Assembly (NCBI GenBank): GCA_963728405.1
Contig: CAVSJV010000003.1
Coordinates: 64,001 to 128,000, forward strand
Length of the DNA stretch: 64,000 bases
Origin: Methanomassiliicoccaceae archaeon
GTDB lineage: Archaea; Thermoplasmatota; Thermoplasmata; Methanomassiliicoccales; Methanomassiliicoccaceae
Direction: 5' to 3'
Shown here one piece after another: positions 50,950 to 60,305 of this stretch. How positions within the stretch are numbered: position 1 is the stretch's first letter; the number at the start of each line of letters is the position of its first letter. Both the position numbers and the translations under genes were made by a program. Below the pieces are notes generated by a model, which was not told the DNA's origin, did not search any database, and saw only the letters and a list, made by a program, of their open reading frames with translations.

Positions 50950-52059
50950 ATGAGCCGTCCAGTCCAGACATCGATCGCCATTCTCTTGGTTGCAAGCCTG
51001 TTGATCACTGGGGGCTTGAGTTGTATTTCTTCCTCTCGGGCAGAGGGATCGAACTCTGAACTGGTTCCCGAACCCTGGGTGCATGAAACCCACGAGTTTA
51101 ACGTGCCCATTGACACCTCCGTTCCTGACAGCGGAGTTTGTAACGAGAAGTGGTCGATCGAAGTACGACATGGGGACGTACTGACCCTCCTGATGGCCAG
51201 GAACATCACTCAGGATGATCAGTCAACGGTCGACTATACTTTCAATATCATGTATACGATCGGGGATACCGAGTACATTGCTCAATTTATGATCATGTAC
51301 GTGACGCTTGTCGTTGACCAGCAGATCATAACCGTGCCATTGACGACCTGTGATGATTTTGCACTGGTTGTTTCTCCGGTGCAATACAACGGCACTGTGC
51401 CTACTTTTGATTGCGCCATCACCTACAAAGATCTTCGATTGTATTCGGATGTATCTAAGAATTCGACCCTCGATCTAACATTGTTCCATCACTTCAGCGC
51501 GGACTGGAACCAAACCGACGTAAAGGTGGAAGCGCTGTTTGATTTCAACAATACAAAACTTTTCGATGAGTCAACTGGTAATGAGCTCGATGCTGGCACA
51601 ACTTTCGCTACCGAGATCCACTACGGAATGATGGTGCATAAAGCCCATGCTTTCGGGACCGAGGGACCAATAATTCCCACAGGGAATACCGATGGGACCT
51701 TGGAGTACAACCTGACGCTTGATAACGGTGCCCCCTTAAGGATGTCGAAATTGAATATGAGCAACGCATTCAACGTGTTCAATGGAACTGGAGCCTACGC
51801 CTCCATGGGTTATTCTTCGATGAATTATGCTGCGCAATCTCATGTCGTACATGGGTTTCCGAATCTGATCTACAAGGACACTCTGTCAATGAAGAGCGAC
51901 CCCGAGATCACCGTGTTCCACGACCGGGTCACCGAGGACCAGATGAACGACAACAACAATCCTAGCGGATTACCCCTGTGGATACCGATAATGGTAATTG
52001 GAGCGATTGCGGCCGTGAGCGTAGCCATCGTAATGGTGAAGAGAAAGAAGAAGGTGTAG
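50950..52059 (+). CDS. Secreted cell-surface protein with C-terminal TM anchor
   Basis: N-terminal signal, beta-rich body with N-x-S/T sequons, TM followed by KRKKKV tail. Confidence 0.8.
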   Translation: MSRPVQTSIAILLVASLLITGGLSCISSSRAEGSNSELVPEPWVHETHEFNVPIDTSVPDSGVCNEKWSIEVRHGDVLTLLMARNITQDDQSTVDYTFNIMYTIGDTEYIAQFMIMYVTLVVDQQIITVPLTTCDDFALVVSPVQYNGTVPTFDCAITYKDLRLYSDVSKNSTLDLTLFHHFSADWNQTDVKVEALFDFNNTKLFDESTGNELDAGTTFATEIHYGMMVHKAHAFGTEGPIIPTGNTDGTLEYNLTLDNGAPLRMSKLNMSNAFNVFNGTGAYASMGYSSMNYAAQSHVVHGFPNLIYKDTLSMKSDPEITVFHDRVTEDQMNDNNNPSGLPLWIPIMVIGAIAAVSVAIVMVKRKKKV

Positions 52060-52174
52060 TAGAAAGGCGGAAAGAGGCGCGAAAAGGCCATTTGATAGGG
52101 GTTTGGCGTGTCCTCCCGCATGTCAATTCCGCCTGACCAACGAGAAAGTCAGAGCGTCTGGCTATGGATCGCTC

Positions 52175-52263
52175 ACATTCCCAGAATGTTGAGAATGTTC
52201 GAGCCAGCATCTCGCCTTTTTTGCTCAATTCGAGGAAATTTGCACCGAAGCACCAAACCCTTT
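52175..52263 (+). repeat. Diverged direct repeat, copy 2
   Basis: Matches 50687-50775 (TCGAGCyAGCATCT, GCTCAAT, TTGCACC, CAAACCCTTT). Confidence 0.75.
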
Positions 52264-52575
52264 GTTTTTTTTATACGATAAGGTGGCCCATTTGGGTTTG
52301 AACCATGGTTGAGCTATAAAGAACACCTTGATGGCCGCGTTCACCACATTTGATATTCAAATCCGGTCGGATTCGGTCGGTTCCAATCCAGATAGTCGCG
52401 TTCGAAGGTCAATAACGGCATTTCGTGCAGTGAGCGATCTGTTGGACAGAAATCCTTCTTTTTTCTTTATCAAGTGGGCTCAGTAGTGATTCAAACAGGA
52501 GAAAGGAGGGGCTGTCCAAGGCGCGGAGGAGGGCCACTTCCCCGGCCGACCCCTGCTGAATTAGATATAACGACC

Positions 52576-52974
52576 TCAGAGTCCCCTAATGATTTCCTTT
52601 AGCGCCGCCACCGCGGTGTCGAACTCCTCGTTGGTCGACGGCTTGACCATCCAAAGATGAGGAATCGTACTGGCAACCTCGACCATGACCGGAGAACCGC
52701 TGAAGACCACAATATTGACGCCATCGAGCAGATCGCCCGCTTGCTCCAGGAACTCCTTGCCACCCACCTTGGGCATGTTCAGGTCGAGGATGATGAGCTG
52801 AGGCTTGGGGGATGAAGCGTACCGGCCTTCTCGTTTCAAGAACGCCAGGGCATCCTCTCCGTTGGTGACCTCATCTACATGAAAAGTGAGCTTGGTCTCG
52901 TTGAGCATCTCCCTGACGACCAGTCTGTCCGCGGCGTTGTCGTCGGCGAGGAGGATTTGAATTGCTTCACCCAT
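52576..52974 (-). CDS. Stand-alone response regulator receiver (Rcp1-like)
   Basis: ILLADDN, ILDLNMPK, KP. Confidence 0.92.
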   Translation of the reverse strand: MGEAIQILLADDNAADRLVVREMLNETKLTFHVDEVTNGEDALAFLKREGRYASSPKPQLIILDLNMPKVGGKEFLEQAGDLLDGVNIVVFSGSPVMVEVASTIPHLWMVKPSTNEEFDTAVAALKEIIRGL

Positions 52975-53082
52975 CAGTTATCGTTACATAATAACGAATT
53001 AGAAGATTGAACCTTTGCTTTTACTCTTACGACCCGAATGCGGCTCATTGGTCGGCCATTCGATTGAACTCCGACCATCGAC

Positions 53083-53678
53083 CTAAATCATGGGTTCCCG
53101 GTGGCATGGGGAGGGCATAACGGGATCATCCCGGTGATCGAACCGTCTGTTCGCGAACGGTTCCCAGGTCGGGGCGAATTTCAAAGCAGCCGTGGGAAGC
53201 ATCTTCGGCCATGAAGCCTGAGTCGTCGGACCGTCCGGGCCGTTCCTATCGTTCCTCTTGCTCTGAGAAACGAGGGCGTGGTTCAGGCATTTGATTGTTG
53301 CTTCATACTCGCCCATGTTGCTCGGCTTCAGGCAGTAGCTCGTGGCACCCAGGGAGCGAGCTTTGGTCTCATCGGATGGGTTGAGGGAGCCGGTCAGGAC
53401 GACGACGGGTATCGACCTCAACGTGTTCGAGGACTTTACGAAAGTGAGCACATCGAAACCGTTCACCATGGGCAAGTTAAGGTCCAGAACAATGATGTCG
53501 GGTTGGACCACGGAAAAGAATCCGTTCTTCTTCTCTAGGTAGTCCAGGGCAATCTGGCCATTCTTCGCCACGAACATCTTGTTAGAGGCAGTCCGATCTC
53601 CTCCAACATCTCCTGGACAATCGAGGCATCGCTCGGATTGTCCTCGATTATCAGTACTTCAATCTGGTTCCAATTCAT
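53083..53678 (-). CDS. Response regulator receiver (Rcp1-like) with C-terminal tail; frameshift at ~53581
   Basis: IEVLIIEDNPSD in one frame; VLDLNLPMVNG, VVLTGS and KP in the next; ATG overlaps the kinase stop. Confidence 0.85.
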
Positions 53679-55150
53679 CGTGCGTCTCCTCCCTTTGGCA
53701 TAGTAAAGTAGAACTTTGCTCCCTTCCCTTCCTCCGACTCGACCCAGATGCGACCACCGTGGTTCTCCACGATTCTCTTGGCGACCGCTAGCCCGATACC
53801 GGTACCCTCGTAATCGTTACGGTTGTGCAGGCGCTGGAACATCTCGAATATCTTTTCGTGGAATTTAGAATCGATTCCTATTCCGTTATCCTGGATGGAG
53901 AATAACCATTCTCGGCCGCGGTCCTGGCATGATACATGCACCTTGGGTGGTTCTTTTCCGTGATACTTGATAGCGTTGCCGATAAGGTTCTGCAGCAACT
54001 GGGCCATCTGTCCTTTGTCCCCAATGATCGTAGGAAGAGAATCTTCCTGAATGGTAGCATTATTGGCAGTGATGGATGTTCTCAGAGAATCGATCGTCTC
54101 GCTCAGGACATGGTTCATATCTACGTTAGTGGAGGCAATGTTCTTCGACTGCAGCCTCGAGTACGCGAGTAGATCGACGATGAGATCCTTCATCCTGCTC
54201 GCGCCTTCTACGGCGTAATCGATGTGTTCCTTTCCCCGGCCATCCAATTTATCGGCGTATCGTCTCTCCAACAAGCTCAGCTGCATGGTGACGGTCCGGA
54301 GCGGCTCCTGCAGGTCGTGGCTGGCCACGTAAGCGAACTGCTGAAGCTCGGCGTTGGAGCGCTTCAGCGCCTCTTCCGCGTTCTTGCGCTCGGTAAGAGC
54401 TCTTTCAAGTTCACTCTTTGAAGCGGTCACCGTTTTCAGATTGGCAGTCATCTGATTGACGGATTGAGAAATTTCGCCGATTTCATCTTTATTTGCTTTC
54501 AAGGAGTAATCAAGGTTACCTGAACCTATTACTCCAATCCCTTTTTGCAACTCAACGATCGATTTATAAGTTTTCCGATATGTTATAATATAAACGGTTA
54601 GAAAGTAAATGCCGAAAAGCCCAAGAAGAGTAATAATGAGAATGATGTTTGTAGAGTTGGCTTGGTCGACTTGGTCACGCAGATTTTGCGAAAGTTGTTG
54701 TGCATCAAATGATAGAGCTTGAACTTGAACCGCAATTCGGCTCCACTGGATCTGAAATTGTGGCAGTACCCCTACGCTAACGTTTCCAGGCTCTTTTTCA
54801 AGAATAGACACCACACTATTGAAAACAGCGTTTAGGTTCTGCAGGTCATTTTTTACGTTGTTAACAAGCGTTTGTCGGTGGAGATCGGTCGAGTTCAGTT
54901 TTGCAAGTTCTTCGGACAATCTTGCAAATTGGGTCTGCCACAAGGAAATGGAGGAATTGTCTTGGTAGAGGAGGTAATTGCTCGAGATATAGTTGAGGTT
55001 GCTAGCTCCTGTCTGAATGTCGTGGGCAGTGGCTTCTTGATTACTCAACTGTGACGTCCGGACTTCAGTTATGACTATGGATGCTATAATGATAGTCAGT
55101 ATTACGATAAAACTTACTATGCCCATTAGGAACTGATGTTTAAGTTTCAT
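53675..55150 (-). CDS. Membrane sensor histidine kinase (2 TM, HAMP, HisKA, HATPase)
   Basis: DEIGEI HAMP, ASHDLQEPL H-box, NLIGNAIKY, DNGIGI, GTGIGL. Confidence 0.95.
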   Translation of the reverse strand: MKLKHQFLMGIVSFIVILTIIIASIVITEVRTSQLSNQEATAHDIQTGASNLNYISSNYLLYQDNSSISLWQTQFARLSEELAKLNSTDLHRQTLVNNVKNDLQNLNAVFNSVVSILEKEPGNVSVGVLPQFQIQWSRIAVQVQALSFDAQQLSQNLRDQVDQANSTNIILIITLLGLFGIYFLTVYIITYRKTYKSIVELQKGIGVIGSGNLDYSLKANKDEIGEISQSVNQMTANLKTVTASKSELERALTERKNAEEALKRSNAELQQFAYVASHDLQEPLRTVTMQLSLLERRYADKLDGRGKEHIDYAVEGASRMKDLIVDLLAYSRLQSKNIASTNVDMNHVLSETIDSLRTSITANNATIQEDSLPTIIGDKGQMAQLLQNLIGNAIKYHGKEPPKVHVSCQDRGREWLFSIQDNGIGIDSKFHEKIFEMFQRLHNRNDYEGTGIGLAVAKRIVENHGGRIWVESEEGKGAKFYFTMPKGGDAR

Positions 55151-55159
55151 TTTTCTTCA

Positions 55160-56203
55160 TCAGCCAATGATGTTTACTGCCTCTGGCTTTACGGCCTCCA
55201 ATCCATCAGTGTAGATGTAGTTTAGGAAGTTGGGAACAGAGGTTGCATTTGTTAAGTGGTTGTTTCTAAGCCATCGAGCTTCATCTTGCATTGCTAATAG
55301 TAGCGATTGGTCGAGCGTTAAAGCGAACGCATTCTGCTTCCAAACGGTTTCCACATACTCGTCAGTAAAGTTTAGTGCTTTCTTGACTATTTCTTTTGCC
55401 TGGGCCGGTTGGTTAATTGTGAATTCTTCAGCCCGCAGGAGTGATTTGAGAAAACTGTTGACCAGTTCAGGATGCGCTGAAATCCAATCATCTTTGGCAA
55501 TCGCCAGTGAATATAGAGGCTGATTACTCTGTATCGACCAAACAACAGCGTTATCACCCAGACCCTGTTTCGCTAAATCGGTATATGGTTGTGCACTTGC
55601 AACCGCATCAACAGAGCCGTTGACAACAGCATTCACCCAATCTGCTGGCGTTTTGAGATCGATAAGATTTACGTCTTGCATTTCAATGCCGTTAAGTTCT
55701 AAAAATCGTCCTAGGTAAAACTGGGCTATAGTTCCAAAGGCTGTTCCAATTGTTTTTCCTTTTATATCTGAAACATTTACAATTCCCCGGTCTGCCCGTC
55801 CGACAAGATTTATATATTCGCCCTTGTCGATACTTCCAATTGTTTGGAGCTTTTCTTGATTAAGTGCGCTTGCAGCGAAAGGGAACTCCGATGTTCCCAC
55901 GACAATATCCGCTTCTCCATTGAGCATACCGCTTAATGCACCTGCTCCACTACCATACATGCGTGTGGTTACTTGAAGACCGTGTTGTGCAAAAAACTGC
56001 TGGTTTTGGGCAATCAAAAAAAGCGAGGTGGCCTCAAACGGTGAATAAGCAACGGTGATTGATTCTATTTTTTTGCCCATATTAGATTTCTGTGTATTGA
56101 GATAAACGAATGAGCTGAGAATAACTACTGTGACTAAGAGCACTGCGGCGAGGATTATGAGTTTCTTTTTCTTTTGCTCGGATATCTGCATGCCAATTTC
56201 CAT
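55160..56203 (-). CDS. NMT1/SsuA-like substrate-binding protein, membrane anchored
   Basis: N-terminal TM, GKTIGT..GT, VDAVASAQPY, DWISAHPE; low GC. Confidence 0.85.
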   Translation of the reverse strand: MEIGMQISEQKKKKLIILAAVLLVTVVILSSFVYLNTQKSNMGKKIESITVAYSPFEATSLFLIAQNQQFFAQHGLQVTTRMYGSGAGALSGMLNGEADIVVGTSEFPFAASALNQEKLQTIGSIDKGEYINLVGRADRGIVNVSDIKGKTIGTAFGTIAQFYLGRFLELNGIEMQDVNLIDLKTPADWVNAVVNGSVDAVASAQPYTDLAKQGLGDNAVVWSIQSNQPLYSLAIAKDDWISAHPELVNSFLKSLLRAEEFTINQPAQAKEIVKKALNFTDEYVETVWKQNAFALTLDQSLLLAMQDEARWLRNNHLTNATSVPNFLNYIYTDGLEAVKPEAVNIIG

Positions 56204-56570
56204 CCTAGGCCCGCAATCGCCCAGTGCTTCGCTGATACTCTTCAGCCATCGCCACCCTTGGACCGCTTATTCCATCATCGAATAATGCTACTTGAACTCT
56301 CCTCCTGAAGGGTACAACATGATAGAAATGCCCGCAGTTATAGCTCACTAATCATTGACTAGGCGTTCATGATCGAGATTAATCTTGAGTCTAGTTCCCA
56401 ATATTAATCAACGTGCATCTTCTATAATTGTAAGGGATTAATGATACTAATTTCGTTCCCAATTTTATCAATTGAAAACAACATATTCTTTGTACACTCC
56501 TCTAAACATGATAATAGGGTTTAGCCAGGCGAATTAGCGGTCACAAATTCTGCTCTGTCCACTTACGCAA

Positions 56571-56576
56571 TTATAT
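56571..56576 (+). promoter_or_regulatory. TATA box of the candidate ncRNA
   Basis: ACGCAA-TTATAT about 20-30 nt upstream of the abrupt start of the GC-rich folded region. Confidence 0.45.
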
Positions 56577-56592
56577 TTCAAAAATTCAAATT

Positions 56593-56883
56593 CCGGTATC
56601 GGTAGGATATCGGACTCGAGGGGGTAGCCAGGAGAGGACAAGCAACCCTCATCGGACATCGAGGCAGGTACCCCACCTAAGGGTGAGTCTGCTGGGGTCA
56701 AACGTGGGGGGTCGAGGCAGGGGTCTCAAGCCTCCCCTTTGACCAGGTAATCGTCTGCAGTCAGGGGGTCAAGGACCCAGGGGGTCGGAGTAAGCCTCTC
56801 CGGACTTCGCAGGGACTAGTTTCACCGTAGCCAAGGAAAGGCGGGTCCATACCCCCCTCATTGAGGCCGTCCAGGTGCCCCGG
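56593..56883 (+). ncRNA. Candidate large structured non-coding RNA (unassigned)
   Basis: No ORF; long terminal helix plus at least four internal stems; G-U pairs favour the + strand. Confidence 0.65.
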
Positions 56884-56935
56884 TGCAAAAAACCGCTGAT
56901 TGACGAAAAAGTTGGGATGACTGGCTAGGGTTTTC

Positions 56936-58684
56936 TTACATCCCCCAGAACTTGTCCACCTTCCGCTTCACTTCGAGCGTTTCGTCCAGGAGCATGCGGT
57001 CGTCGAGGTTGAGGTCCATCTTCTGGATCTCCTTGATCATCAGCTCCCTCAGGTCGACGTACAGAATGTCCTCAACGTTGATCTGGCGACCGACCGTCGG
57101 TCCCTCGATCGCTACAGCGACCTCCTGCCCCTGGATCGCTTCCTTGACCACTTCTTCCCCAGAGCGGATGGACCGGATCTTTCCGACGTCGATGCCTTCG
57201 GTGTTGAGCAGGGTCTGCCCCGGCCGTATGCGGCCTGCCAGGACCCTCACCCCGACGATGGCCGGCTTGGAGGCCCGGAAGACACAGTTGGGAAGCAACT
57301 TCACTTTACCGGGGAAGGCAAACTCCGAGCGCTTCTCCACGTCCAGGCGGCGCTTCTCCTCCTCCACCCACTTCTGATAGTCCTCGATTAGGCGGTAGAC
57401 GACGTCGTTGGTGAAGACCTTCAGCGGATAGTTGGGCAGCGCGTCCTTGGCCTCCGGGAGCAGGGTGACATTGAAGCCGAGGATGACGCGGTGCTGCGGC
57501 TCCCCGTACGCCGCGGTATCGATGAGGTCCTTCCGAGAGATGGCACCGGTATCGTACTTGCGGATGGGGATCTCAGCCGCCTTGCATTCGAAGGCCAGCG
57601 CCTCGAGCGATCCGATGGCGTCCGCCTTGATGTAGACGCCCGCTTCGATGGTCTCGATATTGACCTTGGTCTCGTTGACCACCTCTTCCAATGCCTCATT
57701 GACGTTGCCGGTCGCCGCCCTCAGCGGTCCTCCCGCCACGACGCCATCGATGCTCTGGCACATCACCTTGATGCCGATGGCCGCGGAGACCTCCTTCACC
57801 GATTCGAAGCGGTCCCGAGGGTCGCGGATCTCGTCCAGCGGCTTCGGCTTGAGGATCGCCTTGATCTTGGTGGTGAGCGGCTTGCCCTTCGTTCCGAGGA
57901 TGACGGTGTCCCCACGATGCAATGTGCCGGCATAGATGATCACGTCCAGCGTAGAGCCCAAGCCCTTCTCTTCCTTTACCTCCAGGATGGTGCCCTGGGC
58001 CGGCCCCTCCTCGGTCTTGAGCTGCTGCTCCAGGAACCTCTGGGCCAGGCCGATGAGCATGAGCAGCAGGTCCGGCAGTCCCTCGCCGTTGCGGGCCGAC
58101 ATAGGCACCACGGCAATGGTCTTGGTGAAGTCCTCGATGCGGTCGTAGCGGTCGGCGGAGAAACCTCTTTCATAGAGGTCTCCGATGATCTTGTACATCT
58201 TCTCGTCCAGCTTGGCCCTGCCCTCGTCGGTCTGGCTCTTGTAGCTGAGCACGAAGGGGGCGTTGGGCTTGGTCTGCCAGCCCTCCACCAGGTCGATCTT
58301 GTTCATGGCGATGATGAAGGGGGTCTTGAATCGCTTCAGGATGCCGATGGACTCGATGGTCTGGGGCTTCAGCCCCTCGTTGATGTCGATGACCAGGACG
58401 GCCAGGTCGGCCAAGGAGCCGCCCCTCGCCCGCAGCGAGGTGAACGATTGATGCCCGGGGGTGTCGATGAACAGGAGGCCGGGCATGTTGAACTTCTTCT
58501 CGCCGATGAGCGGCCGGCACACCTTATAGATGTGTTCTATCGGCACCTCGGTCGCGCCGATGTGCTGCGTGATCAGGCCAGCCTCGCGCTGAACGACGGC
58601 GGTGCCCCTGATACGATCGAGCAAAGAGGTCTTGCCGTGGTCCACGTGGCCTAGGACGCTCACAATCGGCTGCCTGGTGGGCAT
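56936..58684 (-). CDS. infB: Translation initiation factor aIF5B/IF-2
   Basis: [34 protein letters not shown]. Confidence 0.98.
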   Translation of the reverse strand: MPTRQPIVSVLGHVDHGKTSLLDRIRGTAVVQREAGLITQHIGATEVPIEHIYKVCRPLIGEKKFNMPGLLFIDTPGHQSFTSLRARGGSLADLAVLVIDINEGLKPQTIESIGILKRFKTPFIIAMNKIDLVEGWQTKPNAPFVLSYKSQTDEGRAKLDEKMYKIIGDLYERGFSADRYDRIEDFTKTIAVVPMSARNGEGLPDLLLMLIGLAQRFLEQQLKTEEGPAQGTILEVKEEKGLGSTLDVIIYAGTLHRGDTVILGTKGKPLTTKIKAILKPKPLDEIRDPRDRFESVKEVSAAIGIKVMCQSIDGVVAGGPLRAATGNVNEALEEVVNETKVNIETIEAGVYIKADAIGSLEALAFECKAAEIPIRKYDTGAISRKDLIDTAAYGEPQHRVILGFNVTLLPEAKDALPNYPLKVFTNDVVYRLIEDYQKWVEEEKRRLDVEKRSEFAFPGKVKLLPNCVFRASKPAIVGVRVLAGRIRPGQTLLNTEGIDVGKIRSIRSGEEVVKEAIQGQEVAVAIEGPTVGRQINVEDILYVDLRELMIKEIQKMDLNLDDRMLLDETLEVKRKVDKFWGM

Positions 58685-58789
58685 AATGTCCTCGATAAAT
58701 GACAGCCTATTAGTAATTAACCGACCCGCGCGGAGCTCTAGCTGGGTGAGAGAAAAATGAAGAACGGCGGGCCGGGGCCCGAAAGAGGT

Positions 58790-59251
58790 TCACTCCAGGA
58801 ACCAGGGGTCCAGGGACCGCTTCCAGTCCTGAAGCTCGTGGCCAGTGAAGAAGAGGTCGATCTCGCGCTTGGCCGACTCAGGACCGTCGGAACCATGTAT
58901 GAGGTTCCGGCCGGTCTGCTGGGCCAGGTCGCCGCGTACCGTGCCTACCGCCGCGTTCTGCGGGTTGGTGGCGCCCATCATCGTCCTCATGGAGGCGATG
59001 ATGTTCTCTCCCTCCCATACCATCACGAGCACCGGACCCGAGGTCATGTACTCGATCAGGCCGGGGAAGAACGGCTTGCCCTTGTGCTCCCCGTAGTGGC
59101 GCTCCGCGAGTTCCTTGGGGATACGCATGAACTTCAAGGCCACCGGCTTGTGGCCCTTGGCCTCTATGCGACCCAGGATCTCGCCCATGAGCCCGCGCTG
59201 GACGGCGTCGGGCTTGAGCATGAGGAAGGTGCGCTCTATCAAACGGCTCAC
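58790..59251 (-). CDS. ndk: Nucleoside-diphosphate kinase
   Basis: ERTFLMLKPDAVQRGL, GTVRGD, NLIHGSD. Confidence 0.98.
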   Translation of the reverse strand: MSRLIERTFLMLKPDAVQRGLMGEILGRIEAKGHKPVALKFMRIPKELAERHYGEHKGKPFFPGLIEYMTSGPVLVMVWEGENIIASMRTMMGATNPQNAAVGTVRGDLAQQTGRNLIHGSDGPESAKREIDLFFTGHELQDWKRSLDPWFLE

Positions 59252-59556
59252 TCCTTCTTCTTAGGAGCGTTTTCCTTCTTCTTCCTGACCGTGCTGGCGG
59301 TGGTCTTCTTGATCTTCTCTTCGACCGGGGCGGCAACCTCTTCCTTGGGCGCAGCGGCGGCCAAGGCGATCTCCTTCTCCCTCTTGGCCGCGCGGGTCCA
59401 GGTGGTCCTCCTAGGGATCCTGCCGAGCTCGATCATGTTCTTGTAGCACTTGTTGTTGTCGAACGACAGTACCGTGCCGTCCCTCTTGACGTGCAGCTTG
59501 CCGGTACCAGGTTCCATCTCCGCTCCGCAAAAGGAGCAGACCCTTCTCTCGACCAT
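59248..59556 (-). CDS. rpl24e: 50S ribosomal protein L24e
   Basis: CSFCG..MEPGTG, KRDG, GRIPR..WT. Confidence 0.96.
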   Translation of the reverse strand: MVERRVCSFCGAEMEPGTGKLHVKRDGTVLSFDNNKCYKNMIELGRIPRRTTWTRAAKREKEIALAAAAPKEEVAAPVEEKIKKTTASTVRKKKENAPKKKE

Positions 59557-59561
59557 TCAGA

Positions 59562-59777
59562 TCACCGTATGGAAAGCTTGCGAGCCTCTCTGGAGGTCTC
59601 TCTAAGCATCAATATGTCTCCCATGCGCACGGGGCCCATGATGTTGCGGGTGATGATGCGACCCTTATCGCGGCCCTCAAGCACACGCACCTTTACCTGG
59701 TTGGCCTCACCGGTCATTCCGGTCCGACCGATGATCTCGACCACTTCCGAAGGTATGCTGCTCTCGTCCTCAGCCAT
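59562..59777 (-). CDS. rps28e: 30S ribosomal protein S28e
   Basis: [30 protein letters not shown]. Confidence 0.97.
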   Translation of the reverse strand: MAEDESSIPSEVVEIIGRTGMTGEANQVKVRVLEGRDKGRIITRNIMGPVRMGDILMLRETSREARKLSIR

Positions 59778-59793
59778 GTCATTCCCTCCTAGC

Positions 59794-60165
59794 TCACTGC
59801 TTCAGCTTCTTCACTTGCTCAGCGAACCCATCGAGCAGAGGCTTGGCCTTTCCAGCGTCCAGGACGGCTACCGAGGCGGTCGGCTTTTCCAGTCCAACGG
59901 CGTGTCCCAGTTCGGCCTTTGAAGGCACGTATGCGTAGACGATGTTGCGCTCCTCGCACAGGAGGGGCATGTGAGCCAGTATCTCTGGGGGCTGAACATC
60001 CTCGGCCATGACGACCAGGATAGCATCGCCGCGCTCGACCAGCTTGGTGACCTCGTTGGTCCCCTTCCTCAGCTTTCCAGTGTCGCGGGCGGCCTCTACG
60101 ATCTCGTAGGCTTTGTCCGATAGCTCCTTTGGCATCTCGAAACGAACAAACATTGCTTTTGCCAT
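59794..60165 (-). CDS. rpl7ae: 50S ribosomal protein L7Ae
   Basis: [28 protein letters not shown]. Confidence 0.97.
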   Translation of the reverse strand: MAKAMFVRFEMPKELSDKAYEIVEAARDTGKLRKGTNEVTKLVERGDAILVVMAEDVQPPEILAHMPLLCEERNIVYAYVPSKAELGHAVGLEKPTASVAVLDAGKAKPLLDGFAEQVKKLKQ

Positions 60166-60305
60166 TTTTTCACCTCATTCGGATGTTGGGACATCCTCAT
60201 CATTCATCGGTTACACGAGAATGTAAAAAGGACCAAAGAGATGGCAATATTTATAGTTAATCGGAACGGAAGATAGGAATGCCAGCAACCCGACCCGATA
60301 GTATT

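Noticed and set aside
56593-56883. Calling the structured RNA RNase P or SRP RNA
   Set aside because: The 3' end resembles type M RNase P, but there is no upstream CCGCC partner for P4 and no SRP helix-8 motif; left unassigned
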